From the NCBI GenBank assembly GCA_905178155.1, contig CAJINV010000005.1, positions 674,564 to 738,563 on the forward strand: a stretch of DNA of 64,000 bases, given 5' to 3'. Made by a program: the position numbers and the translations under genes. Source of the stretch: Amoebophrya sp. A120. Its lineage: Eukaryota; Protista; Dinoflagellata. Below the pieces are notes generated by a model, which was not told the DNA's origin, did not search any database, and saw only the letters and a list, made by a program, of their open reading frames with translations. This document shows positions 26,428-38,384 of this stretch, piece by piece (within the stretch, counting starts at the first letter, position 1; the number at the start of each line of letters is the position of its first letter).

Positions 26428-27596
26428 GACGATCTTGCGTGGCGGCTCCCGCCCTATGAGCGAGCTAAGTACAACTTCCACCTGCGGCCCTGCGTCCTCC
26501 TGCTGCGGTACTTCTAGCCGTAACAATGGTCGTTTTCAAGCACTGGCGCCGAGGAAAAAAAACTGGCGGGTGAAGAAGCGGAGCAGCTTCTACAAAAAAT
26601 TGTGTCGCGACATGAGCTTCCTTCTTCCTAGTTCTAGGCAAGTTCTGCGCTCGTCTAGGTCTACTGGTGCACGAGCGGATTTACAACGCGGCGCGTCACA
26701 GTCAGTAGAGGGCTCGGAAGACTTGTTTCTGAAGTACTTTTTTTACAAGAACTTCTTGGCAGCAGATTGGTGTTGCTTGCACGTTAAGGTTCGCAAAGAT
26801 GAAAACGAACCACGAACAAAGAAATTAGCATTTAGTAAGAACAACAGGGACAGACGCTGATCATGCACGAAAACAAACTCCTCATCGTCACTAACTTTTA
26901 AAGCACATTGCATTCTTTCGCTGGCATGTTGAGTGGAACACGACCAGCACGAACAAGACCAAGTCGTTACTTAACCACGCCAATGTAGCGAACATAACTA
27001 CTTTTGGACTTTGGCTTTGAAAACCGTTTCGTCCGCTTCTGGCCGTGAAGGCTAGTAGTGGCAAACCATGCATCTTCTCTTCTATCTCGACATCACACTC
27101 ATTGACTTCAAATAAAGCGGCAGGGTTCATCCGATTTCATTTACCGTAGCTCTGTCGTTTTGTTTCCTTCTTTCCTGCTCCGTTGTTCCGAAGTCCAAGC
27201 TATCTGGCCATGACGTAAAACAGAAAAAACGAGTTCACATCATTTTCATTATTCATCAGGTCGTGAAATAAGTGTTCTATAGTGTAACCATTACGGTGCC
27301 TGAGACCTCTCGGTTTTCTAGCTTTTGCATCCTATTCAGGACGCCTGTGGCATTGATTTAGTAGGACTACATTGGTTGAAACAAAAGAAAACAAGTTCGT
27401 TTTTTTATCGTCGATGCTCGCAAGCTAATTATCCAGGTCGGTTCTGCTATTCATATTAGGAGTACTTGATCTAACGTGATTGCGCACACAGAGGCTTTCG
27501 CTCGGTTGAGTTCAGCCATTGACTCTGCAAGTAGTTTTGATGTCGCTCTGGTTCTTTCTATTTTGAAACAGCTGCTCGCTACCTCCCCCCTCATGG

Positions 27597-30500
27597 TCAT
27601 GTCTTCAACACCCGCTGCATAAAGTAGTTTGACGATTTTTGTGGGCTGGGTCTCGTGGTTGCTTGTCGAAACCCGGGACGAGACTGCGCAGCCAGGGATG
27701 TCGGAAGCGATCCCGACGTATTTCCACTTGTCGTTGGCCCAATAGTGAAAGAGGAGCCACCTCCTGCAGTCTGATTGTCTATCGGCCGCGGTAGCTGGCT
27801 GTAATGCGGTCTTGGTGGCGGATTGTACATGGGCTTCATTGGGGAACCAGACGTCATGGAGGTTATCGCAGGCTTCTTGGATCCACTGTTTGTTATTGTT
27901 CCCCCACCGTTTTGCGCGACCAGTCCGGCGATCATTCCGTAAGGACTGCTGTTACTTTTCAGCGACCGCACGGGCGATGCAAAAAACACACTGGAGGTCA
28001 AACTCGTCGTCGAACCAATTCCAAACTGTGTTGCATTTGGGGGCGTACTGTTCATTGTCGTACTAGCATATTGTGTTGCTCGCCCGGTGCTGGCGTGGCG
28101 ACTGCTATTCACGATGTGCTCTTGCTTCGCGCCTTTGTAGCCGGTTATACTATTACCAGATGCGGCATGATAATTTTTATCCGCTAAACCCGCGTCTTCG
28201 CTGACGCTGCGGGGTCGGGTCGCGGCGTTAGCTGCTGTGTTCTTCGCGGTGATGCGATCGGTAGATGTGGAATAAGAATTCTCCTGCTCCGGCGGGTGCT
28301 GTAGTTTCAACATCTGCTGATTGTTCATCTTCCCTCCCGTGCTGAACGAAGTAGCATTTTCATCGCTACCCGCGGAAATTATGGTCGCTGAACTTACCGC
28401 ACTTGATGTCGTTGTAAGAACTACACCATTTTGATGCTTGTCATCTACCCTGCTCCCGCTCCGATCCTGGTCCCGCGTCTTGCTTCGGCTCCTACTCGGG
28501 TCGCGGACGAAGACTGTCGCCCCGCCGGGCAGCGGCTGGGCGCTAAGGAGCTTTTCCTTCCCGCGGATGGTGATCAACGCAGGCGGGGATTTCAGCATCA
28601 GTGTTTGCAGTATCAGATGTAAAAATGTCTGGGTTTGGAAGAATGCAACTTGTGATGCTGCATATGGATTCCAAAAAAATCTGTATTGCATGAGTACCAA
28701 GGGGAATGCAGTTTTTGCTACGCGGAGAGGGCATTTGTCATGCGGAATAGGCATCAAGAAGCTCTCAAAAAATCTGTGATGCTAGGGCACGCATCACAGA
28801 CATCAGGGCTAATGCAAAACGCGCATGACAAGTGTCAGAATCTTCCAGACCCAGACATTTTTACAGTTGATATGCAGTTGCAGGGGCGAGGAGAAGTTCT
28901 TCAGCACGTGGTCTATCGCAAGAAAAAAGTGTTACAGTTACACATTGTCATGAAAGACTAGCAACAGAGACAACCTTTCTCATGCAGGAAATGCTTCGGA
29001 GCCTCGTTTCCTTCCTGTTTTCCCTTATGATCTTCGCATTACAAGTTTTCTCTGCCACACAGAGAAAATTTGTGATACAGAAACTCCAACAAATGTGTAA
29101 CTGTAACACTTTTTTCTCGTGATATGGTCCTCCATAAAAATATTACCGGCAGGGGCGTATTTTCGTCGCGTTTTCGAAGATGAGCTGCTACGGACAGCCT
29201 GGACCTGCGGGATAGACCAAGTACAGATGGAGATGAGTCGAAAGCGATCTTTCTATCCATTATTCTTTAAGTCCCTAATAGTCAACATGATCGCGCACGC
29301 GCAGAGAGAAACAGAATGCAATACTATGGGCATCAGATGTTGCTGTCGGCAACGTCCCGTGATCTCTTGCGAGACAAGGGTCTAACAAGCAGAGAGTTCT
29401 GCAAGAAAATGAGATTTCATTCTGATATACCAATTTCTTCCCCGACTCGCTCTGTCGCACGGTATGGTCGTGCTCCTCAACTTCAAGGCTGGCGTCGGGT
29501 CCACTGGAAGGCGTGCCGAGATCCGCTGGGGAAGATTCCGCTTGCTGTTGCGTTGTATTGTTAATTTTCCGCGATAATTTCTAGCTTCCGAGAAACATTT
29601 ACATTCCAAATTGACCTTCAAACTTGAATTTTATTACAAAATTCATCAGGACTTACGATTTCTACCTTCGAACCCGCTCCCGATTTGACCCCTTCATCCG
29701 GAACTTCCGCTTCCGATGAGGAAGATGTTGGCTGGGGTTGCGAATTCAGCGACTCCGCTCGCTTTCGTTTCTGCTCTTGTGCCATCACATTGGCAAACAC
29801 TTTGTCAACAAGTTTGGACACAAGTGCACCCTCGTACTGTTTCATGGAGTTCGCCTTTGTCGGCTTGGTACTAGAGGCATGATCTCCAGATCCATTCTTT
29901 ATGGCGTTCTCCACTGTTACATCCTCAACTGTTACATGGATTTGTGACGCAAGGGCGGCAACAGTGAAAGAGGGGACCTTGCGCGTCTTGCATGACAGAT
30001 TTCGCACAGATTCCCAGCTTGTTGGGCTCTTCGAGAATTTGTAATGCGCAGCAGCTTGATCGTGTCGATTCTGATTGCAATTTTGCATGACAAATCATGT
30101 AACAGTTGAGAATGTAACATTTGAGAACGCCATATTCTTGTTGCCGATGTTAGACGCCGCCCGGTTGGACAGCTCCTTCAGCGCATTCTCGTACTCCTTC
30201 TGCATCCGCTTTCTGCGTTCATTGAAAGTAAAGCCCTCCTGGTAGAGCCGTTCGGCGACGCTTTCCCGCCCGAGACTGCTGGAGCGGCTGCGGGTTCGCA
30301 TCTGGACGCGGGGACGCCGGACCACTGGAAAGTTGTGTATACTTAAATAAAGATACTTCGCAGAAGGAGCTGCGGTTCCGATCTCCTAGAATGGAGAAAA
30401 GAAAAACGACGTATCTACGTAAGAAACGTAATATCTGTATCCCTATACCTTGCTGATAGCCACTATCCGTCAGCTTCGATCCTCCAGAAGTCGTCGCAAT

Positions 30501-33500
30501 CGACGAGCCCAAGTCGCTCTTCTTTCTTTCTTATCCTGTGCAAAAGTATCGCACTCGTAGTAATTGCAAACATGCATTTTTTACAAATCTTGTTCGCAAG
30601 CTAAATTTTATTTCTCATGCTGAGGAAATTTGTAATGCAATTATACGAATACGATACTTTTGCAATGCATATTTCTCCCTTCACCTTCTCCACGCTTCTT
30701 CCACCCCCCAAAGCTGCTGTCATCAACACCGAGCTGTGTGTCTCCTGCAATCCCATGCTTTCCGAAGACACGCTGCGTTTTCGCCGCCTCGACGCGTCGC
30801 GGTAGAGCCGGTCGCTCGCCCGCCGCCCAGCGACGACTTCGCGCAAAGTCTTGTTTTCCCGGTGCGTCGGCGGCCCTTCGCGGCGGAGGCGCTCCTCCTC
30901 GAGCTGTCGCTTTTTCGCAACGTCCTTCACCGCGGTGTGCCAGAGCCGATCGTACACTTTGTTGGCTTCGTCGTACGTCAAGATTCGCTTTTTGCTGTCA
31001 GTCCGATCCAACGGCGGGAAGAGGTCCACGATTTGCGGTGCGCTGGGCTCGTCGTGCGTGGCCGGTCGGTCGGACACCTACAAAGAGGACAAGGAGGAAG
31101 CAGTCAATAAACGTGACTCGGTGTGAGTAAGTTGAAGTTTTTCGGTTCGGCATAATTTCATCTTTGTGCAAGCCTACACGATGATCACGAACTACATGCG
31201 TACACAAAAGTAAAAGACGTGAGATTTTCAGTACCTGCGGAACCCCACCCTCACTCACCATCGCTGCATCTCCGCCCAGGCGTAGCTGCCGCACCCGGTA
31301 CTCGGAATAGAGGGGACCGTTCGTGGTATGGATTGCAAAAATGAATGGGTCTGATGGGTCTGGAAGGATGCGAACTTGTAATGCTGTCTCTGGATTCTAA
31401 AAAAACCTGTATTGCATGAGCAGTAAGAGGAGTCCAGTTTGTGCTATTTGGAGAGGGCATTTCTCATGCGGAAAAGGCATCAGGAGGCCCTCTAGAAATC
31501 TGTGATGCTAGGTCATGCATTGCAGGCATCATGGGTCATGCCAAAAATGCATGACAAACCTGGCGATCATCCAGACCCAGACATATTTGCATATGCATAC
31601 GCTGCAGAGGGCGACGATTTTGCTGAAGAATGATCATGTTCGGCAGGATATGTTGACGTGTGTGGCATATTGATATTCATCAACAACACTTGATCCGCTC
31701 CCACTTGCGAAGATATCGACTGCGATCCCGTAGCAGTCTTCCTGCTCCCACCAGCAGCTCGCGACGTGCTAGAGCTTGAGCACGACGACGATGAAGACGA
31801 GGAGCTGCTGCTCGCCGATGAAGAACGACCATTCTTGACGGCGCTGGTGTTTAGCGCCGCCTTCCGGCGCAGTTCCATCAGTTGCTCGTGCAAACTGGGT
31901 ATGCATTGCTAATATGTCTGGGTCTGGAAGATTACAACTTGTCATGCTAAATCCGAATCATGCAAAAGTCTGTGTTGCATGAGTGCCAAAAGCTGTCCCC
32001 TTTTGACCAAGTTGAGAGGGAGTTATTTCTCATGCAGGAAAGGCATGATAGAGACCTCAAAGAATCTGTCATGCTGGGTCTCGCATTTCAGACCTCATGG
32101 GTCATGGAAAACCTGCATCACAAATCTTACATTCTTCCAGACCCAGACATTTTTACATTTGATACTGGGCGGCTCGTAGGGCAATCGCTGGTCCACGCTG
32201 CCGCCGTTGGAGGCGGGAAAGACTATCAAATGTAAAAGTGTCTGGGTCTGGAAGAGTCATGCTGTTTCTGCATGACACAGAAGGTCTGGCATGGAAGCTC
32301 TAGCATCACAGGTTTCGAGAAGCTTCCGCAATGCCGAATCCGCATGACAAATCCCCCACTTTGGTGACAGAAAGTGAGCAGCTTTTGCTGCCTATGCATC
32401 AGAGATTTTTGTGTGTTCTGAAATGCGCATCACAAGTTACATCCTTCCAGACCCAGACATTTTTACACTTGATAAAGACCTCCAGTTTTTCATATTCTTC
32501 GTGGGAACCTGGCAGCGAATCGCTGTGATTCTCGTGGGCAGGAGAGGAGGTGGTAGGTGGATCATCGTGCTCCCGAGCAGGGATCACAGCGTTGGAAGAT
32601 GTTGATGCGATGACCCCTCCAGATGCAGTTAAGCCACGACCTTCGTACGGCGCCAGTGTGTACTCGGGCGGCGCGGGTAGGAGATGATCATGTCCTCCTG
32701 CTTCCTCTTCTTCAACACCAGCCTCGCAAATAAAATCCTGCGTTCGAGGTAAGGCAGTAGCCCGGGGTTTCAGAAGCGGTGCAGCTGCACCCGCAGTCGA
32801 ACTACCCGTAGTAGTTGTATTCGAGGAGGATGAAGATGATGATCTCGTCGCAGCCGGTGCGTCTGTCACGACCCCAGGCGCTGATGAAAACCCGACTGGA
32901 CTGGAGTTCGAGGAACCACCGGGCGTGGTTGGAAACGCATATCAACTGTAAAAATGTCTGGGTCTGGAAGATTTCCAGGTTTGTCATGCATATTTCGCAT
33001 GGGCTATGATGCCTGTAATGCATGACCAAGCATGACAGATTTTTTGCGGGTATCTTGATGCCTATCCCGCATGACAAATGCCCTCTCCGCGGAGCAAAAA
33101 CTGGACGCCTCTTGCTGTTCATGCAATGCAGATTCTTTTAGATTCCAAAAAAAGCATCACAAGTTGCATTCTTCCAGACCCAGACATCTTTGCAATCCAT
33201 AACGCAATGCCGCCGACAATATTCGGCGCACCAATCGTGAGGTCCGCCAAACCGAACTCCTCGTCGAGGTTGTCAACTACACTGGAGGAAGCTCCTGCAT
33301 GGCCGACTGCGCTTGAAGTTGACCCGCTTGTTGCCCCATACTTTGCGCCTCCCGCTGTCGCGCTTGTTTGGCTACTTTCGCTTTTCGGCGTGGAGCCGCT
33401 GTCCATATTCGTTGGTGTGCAGATCAGATGCTCCGTCGGCGTCGGGCCAGTTCTTACTCCGGCGGCGGACAGGCGAGGAGCGTTTAGTGCGGTATTGGAA

Positions 33501-34099
33501 TTTAACGTAGAAGTTGCCAAAGAATCACGATTTGCAACTGCCAACTTCGGGTCCACCACGGTCGTGTGTTCCTTAGCCAAGTAGGCAGACTGCAGTTGTG
33601 AGCCAACATGCTGCTGACCGGCGATTCTTCTCCGCTCCTCGGTGTGATTCGTCTTCCAGTGCACCAACAAGCGCGTCGCGAGTTTGTCCAGAACCGAACG
33701 GGATACCTGAAATTGCATGTTAATATCATCTCGACGAAGAAGTGCGTGAAGTTGCTGCAAATAACCATGTCTCTTTCATATCCTAGAAGATCGCAGCATT
33801 TAGAAAGTGAGCGTGACAAAGTCCATCTGCTTCTGATCAGGTCGGACTCCTAATTAGTGTTTGAGCAGTCAAATGTCTCTGAGTACCATCTGCAGCGTCG
33901 CTGCGATGTGTGGCTCAATCTCCGCGCTGGACCGCGTTGGCGCATTCAGGAGAGCAAGGAGGGAAAGACCCTGCTGGGAATACAGCGGGCTTTCTAGCAG
34001 CGGCTCTACCGCCCACTGCATTGAGTCCCCGGAAGAAGAGCCGTTTTCTTCCTGGCCTGGTAGAGACATAGGCATCATAGTACTGTACTGGTCCATCAT
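27597..34099 (-). CDS. Large multi-exon low-complexity hypothetical protein
   Basis: Minus-strand ORF chain interrupted by eight TIR elements and several probable GT-AG introns; recurring ERLY/DRLY/DRLW helices. Confidence 0.55.
28611..28872. mobile_element. Family-A TIR introner (262 bp), DR TGCAG
   Basis: Family-A TIRs and perfect DR. Confidence 0.92.
28914..29124. mobile_element. Family-F TIR introner (211 bp), DR TGGTC
   Basis: TIR TATCRCRAGAAAAAAGTGTTACAGTTACACATT and perfect DR. Confidence 0.9.
29900..30134. mobile_element. Family-D TIR introner (235 bp), DR TTCTT
   Basis: Removal gives IGNK|NGSGD; inverted relative to the copy at 8488. Confidence 0.9.
30532..30671. mobile_element. 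Family-B TIR introner (140 bp), DR TTTCT
   Basis: Removal gives KVKGE|RKKSD; inverted relative to the copies at 6425 and 19055. Confidence 0.9.
31327..31599. mobile_element. Family-A TIR introner, diverged (273 bp), DR CGTGG/CGCTG
   Basis: Left TIR carries a short internal duplication (ATGGGTCTG twice); removal gives PSAA|NGPLY. Confidence 0.85.
31900..32164. mobile_element. Family-A TIR introner (265 bp), DR CTGGG
   Basis: Family-A TIRs and perfect DR. Confidence 0.92.
32224..32474. mobile_element. Family-A TIR introner (251 bp), DR AAGAC
   Basis: Family-A TIRs and perfect DR. Confidence 0.92.
32940..33201. mobile_element. Family-A TIR introner (262 bp), DR ACGCA
   Basis: Family-A TIRs and perfect DR. 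Confidence 0.92.
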
Positions 34100-34894
34100 T
34101 TTCTGGGGAGCTGGATCTTTGTATTTTATTTCCTAGTCGGATGCAATTATAATCTTCATCTTGTCCGGCATAAACTGTTCGGCGAGCTATCAGCTGCACT
34201 AGTACGTGTAATGCCAGAACTCACTGCTGTCAAGAAACGCAAACGTAAGAAACACACACTGAATATTAACGGGTGCTCACGACATTTCTGGGCACTCAGG
34301 TCAAGACTCAAGGCACGAGAACGACTACTGCACACTCCCCGAGTACAAAAAGACTCTTCGAACCTACTCTTGAACTCTCACGCAAGTGCAATAACTCTTT
34401 CTGTCATGAAAGTACCCTCCGGCTCAACTGCGAATCACAAAAGATCTACAAACACATGCGGCATCGCAGAACTCGTGCGTATAACACAAGCAGAGTCGCA
34501 ATGGCCAGCTGCTCGGCAAAAAACCCCAGTGCTGGGTTCTTCGAGAATGTGTACGAACAGTCAGCGCCCCACATAGATCTACAAGAACACCATCACTGGC
34601 ACGCTTTTTTCTCGTGCTGGTCAATTGTTGTAAGTAGATAGCTCAGGTTGATGGAACTCGTGCTGACTGAGATCTCTTACACTGAGAAAAAAATCAGGCT
34701 TGGTATCTGTATTGCTCACTTCTGCTGGACCACGACGAGCTGGTAGTTCTTTATCGCTGTCTACAACAATACCGCGAGGATCACCTTTCAAGTACTGCAC
34801 TATTCTCGTCAAATATGCAACATGAAAAAAACTGTGCGTAGTGTATCCATGAATGCAAAGTATGTAAGTATTACCGAGCTGGGATTTACATTTG

Positions 34895-37801
34895 TCATGC
34901 TGGCCAGCCATATTTATATTTCCCGTTTATTTCATGCGTGTTTTCAACATCACGCAGCACCTGCGCATGGCAGGATTTCTCGTCTGCCACGCAGAACAAA
35001 TTGGTCGTTCTGTTAGGACTCCACCAAGAAATAGACACCTCCACTAACACAGCTTTTTTCCTGGATATCAAGTTCGAACGGATTTCCGATGACACTCGCT
35101 CTACCGCGTCAGCACCTGTGCCCGCGAAAAACCAGTCCCGGATAAAGCGGACAGGAAACAACAACCCGTCGGATCGGATCCCGCTCTCCAGATAGCACTG
35201 AAACTCGTCCAGTAGGGTGGTTTTCGACGCAGAGGACAGCACTTGCTCGAGTACACCGGGGAATTCTAATTCAACCACGAGATTAGCATCTGGAGCTGCT
35301 GCTGCTGTCGTTGTCGCAGCCTTGTTCGTGGGTTGTTGCGCTAACTGGAATTCCTCCAGTGCAGCTGTACTTGCAAAGACCGCCACGTCACCAGTGTACA
35401 CCAGCATCTTGTAAATAAACAGTGCGGGCGCAGATGAAGATGATGAATCTGCTTGCCCTAGTGTGGCGGCTGCTTTTTCTTTTTGTCCTTCATCATCATC
35501 TCCGCTTGATAGCAAGGGCAATATCACGTGGTTCAGCACATAAGAGATGCTGCAAGTGGACAGACGGTTCCGGAGCACTTTTTTCAGTTGGTCTTCCGTG
35601 TCTTGCGGGACGTACGCCGTACCTGTGAAGCCGTGAGGCAGAAAATTCGGTCGCGCGTAAGAAAGTTCCCAGCCCTCCAAAGCCGTGACTTTGGCGATTT
35701 TCATTATGTCTGGGATCGACGAGTCGCTCAACATGGCGTCCACCACGGAATTCTCACTGTTTTCCTCGACGTTCTCATTCTGAGTATAATCTGCACGAGA
35801 ACTACCCTCGCTTGTTTGTTTGCCTTTGCTCCTCGAGGACGCGTCAATCTCCGCCCCCAGTCTCCTGTTCGGTGCGTACTCGAAAGGCGGTGGAATACTG
35901 TGATTGATGGGGATGGAGAAGAGCTTCGGTCGGAGCCCAAGCTGGAAAAGCTGCTGGTAAAGTGAGCAACCAGGAGCGGCCAAAGTGATTGTCAAAAAAT
36001 CCACTTTCAATTCGTCTTTCGCGATGGGTCGTAGGAGCGGAGGTACACCCGTCTCGTCGGTCCTCTCGGCGGCATCTGTAGTAGTGCTATCTCGTCGGAG
36101 AATCGACAAAATCTGGGTCGCAAGGTCGACCTCGGCCCCGTGCCTGTCCTGAACGAAGTGAGCGACAAGTTGCGTGTTGTGGTGCTGCAGCACATCTTGT
36201 TGGACATGTTCAAGCTTCTTTTCTGGGTCGAAGGATTTTTTGATCTGATTCTCACTTGGCCGCTCCGCGGTGCCTCCACTCCCGGTTTCCGCGGCCGCAA
36301 CTAGCGCTTTTCCGGATGACTCTACTTCGGATACAACGAAAAGGTCATGGCGGGCAGGAATTCCCGCATCCCCGAGGACGCGAGACAGAATACCATCCGG
36401 TTGCAGGCGGAAAGCTTTCTTCTCTACAGCTTCCTCGTCGGACGTTGAGACGAGTTCCACCAAGTGCTCTAGCGCAAAACCGTCTGCCGAAACAATTGCA
36501 ACGCTACGGAAAAGATATGGTGAGCTTCGCGCCGTCGCCGTCGTCGAAGATGGTGACATTTTTATCTGCTTTTCATCTTCAAAGTCTTCGTCTACGTTTT
36601 CCTGGTTGTTCTGAGAAGTGGTCAAATCTGGTCGTGTCCTCATCTGCAACAACTGCCCTACGACACTGTGCATCAGTTTTCCGGTCGACAAAACCGAACT
36701 CAAACTGTCCCCACCCGCGCTGCCCTGCGTCAACCAGCCACAGTACTTCAGAATCAGATTCTGGTCCAAATTGCCCACACGGTACCGGAGCTGCTTCTTT
36801 TTGAATTGCTCTAGAACCTCGGCTCGTTTTCCTTCCCTGAGGGTCGTACTATGTGTAGTTGATGTTCGAGCAGGAGAAACTGCTCCTATGCCGTCGGCAG
36901 GAGGAGCATTGAATTTGAACCCCTCGCGCGGCACAATGTCCATCATGTCACGGAAGAAGCTTCCGCGCAAGCATTCCTCTTGGATCCATAGCAGGGCGCT
37001 TGAAAGGTAGGAAATAAAGCGTGTTGTACTTCCACCGGAATCATCTTCCGGAACAAAAGATGCTCCGATGAAAAGGCCCTCGGTGTAATTGTTCAGTTTG
37101 GAAGCCAACTGCTCTGCAGCCGCTCCGACTGTCCAATCCATTTCCGCCTGCTTTTCACTCACCTTGTCTGCCGTTACAGGGAAATAAAAAGTGGGCGATA
37201 TTGTTCCTCCAGACCGTTCCTCAATGCTCGTCCCGCCGCCACCCGTGTTGAAATCCATTATTTCTGGCAGCGATTCGCACCGCACGTTTTCACGTAAAAA
37301 CTGCAATTCCGTCGGGGAAGAGAAAACTGGGTGCTCGAAGGGTGCTTCTTGTACGACAACGGGTTCCTTATTGTCATCAAGGGTTTGTCTGTTGCACACC
37401 ATCGCGCCCTGCGACTCATACACGGAGAAGGGTTGAAACATGGAGTTGTCTTCATGCGCAGTAGTGGTTCCATCGCGTCCGCCTTGTTCCTCACCTGTAT
37501 TGCAGAAATACTGTTGTATCCCGCGCACCTCATCGCCGACAAAGGAGACCCGAAACACGTGCCCTGTTTCCGGGTGGAATTTCACCGAGTCGCGGGGCGT
37601 CAAAGGATTTATCGGGAAGACGAAGCGGTGCTGGGGGGTGGCTAGAAGCACCGGAAGAAACGAGATGTACGCAATGTTCTTGTGCAAAACCGAAAACGAA
37701 AGCGAGGTCAGCGTCGAAAACCAGAACCAGCAAAGCTTTAACATTTTGCGGTTTTCGACACAATAAATCCTTGGACGAAGACGAACCTCTCGGAATAACA
37801 A
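34895..37801 (-). CDS. Large hypothetical protein (968-aa uninterrupted ORF)
   Basis: Long ORF with a hydrophobic N-terminal region; no family recognised with confidence; true ends may involve splicing. Confidence 0.7.
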   Translation of the reverse strand: MLFREVRLRPRIYCVENRKMLKLCWFWFSTLTSLSFSVLHKNIAYISFLPVLLATPQHRFVFPINPLTPRDSVKFHPETGHVFRVSFVGDEVRGIQQYFCNTGEEQGGRDGTTTAHEDNSMFQPFSVYESQGAMVCNRQTLDDNKEPVVVQEAPFEHPVFSSPTELQFLRENVRCESLPEIMDFNTGGGGTSIEERSGGTISPTFYFPVTADKVSEKQAEMDWTVGAAAEQLASKLNNYTEGLFIGASFVPEDDSGGSTTRFISYLSSALLWIQEECLRGSFFRDMMDIVPREGFKFNAPPADGIGAVSPARTSTTHSTTLREGKRAEVLEQFKKKQLRYRVGNLDQNLILKYCGWLTQGSAGGDSLSSVLSTGKLMHSVVGQLLQMRTRPDLTTSQNNQENVDEDFEDEKQIKMSPSSTTATARSSPYLFRSVAIVSADGFALEHLVELVSTSDEEAVEKKAFRLQPDGILSRVLGDAGIPARHDLFVVSEVESSGKALVAAAETGSGGTAERPSENQIKKSFDPEKKLEHVQQDVLQHHNTQLVAHFVQDRHGAEVDLATQILSILRRDSTTTDAAERTDETGVPPLLRPIAKDELKVDFLTITLAAPGCSLYQQLFQLGLRPKLFSIPINHSIPPPFEYAPNRRLGAEIDASSRSKGKQTSEGSSRADYTQNENVEENSENSVVDAMLSDSSIPDIMKIAKVTALEGWELSYARPNFLPHGFTGTAYVPQDTEDQLKKVLRNRLSTCSISYVLNHVILPLLSSGDDDEGQKEKAAATLGQADSSSSSAPALFIYKMLVYTGDVAVFASTAALEEFQLAQQPTNKAATTTAAAAPDANLVVELEFPGVLEQVLSSASKTTLLDEFQCYLESGIRSDGLLFPVRFIRDWFFAGTGADAVERVSSEIRSNLISRKKAVLVEVSISWWSPNRTTNLFCVADEKSCHAQVLRDVENTHEINGKYKYGWPA

Positions 37802-38384
37802 TAAGTTAAGACGATTTCGAAGTGTGCCTCGGCTTGTTCCACAGAAAAATGGCCATTCGTTTTGAACAACAAGTTGGTGCGCATTCTCGTCCGAGAAGAA
37901 CCATGCGGCGCAAACAGAACACCATCAGTCTCCATGCTGAAAAAGTCCAGTGGCTCTATGATTCCGAAGCCACGAGTTGTTGTTCCTTACATATGCAAAA
38001 GTAGTTCCACTTCCAGCTTCCTTTTTACCACTTTTCATCAGAACCGCCTTGTGTGCTGTCAGTAGAGAAGCAGCAGGGTTTCCAAGTTCCAGCACACGAC
38101 GTGACCGTTTGTTCTGTTCCCGCAAAGAAGCTCCTCCGCACAATGGAGTTGGAGCCACTACAGTCGCATTTCTGTCCGTGTCAAAGGTGATCTTGATCTT
38201 CCACAAAGCGAATATGTGAAATCCGAATCCCAATCAACGCGGTAGTTCTTTTTAGTAGTACATCAGAACAAAAACAGCAGGAGAAAGACACCAAGCATTA
38301 TTGATGATGTCGTGAATCCTGTACTTTGCTCCTCCGCAGGTCGTGAAAACCAGCCCGATAATCATCAAATGAGGATTAAACTTC

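Noticed and set aside
34861-34905. Possible element end (TATGTAAG...ATTTGTCATGC) at the 3' end of the 968-aa ORF
   Set aside because: No convincing partner TIR or direct repeat was found nearby.
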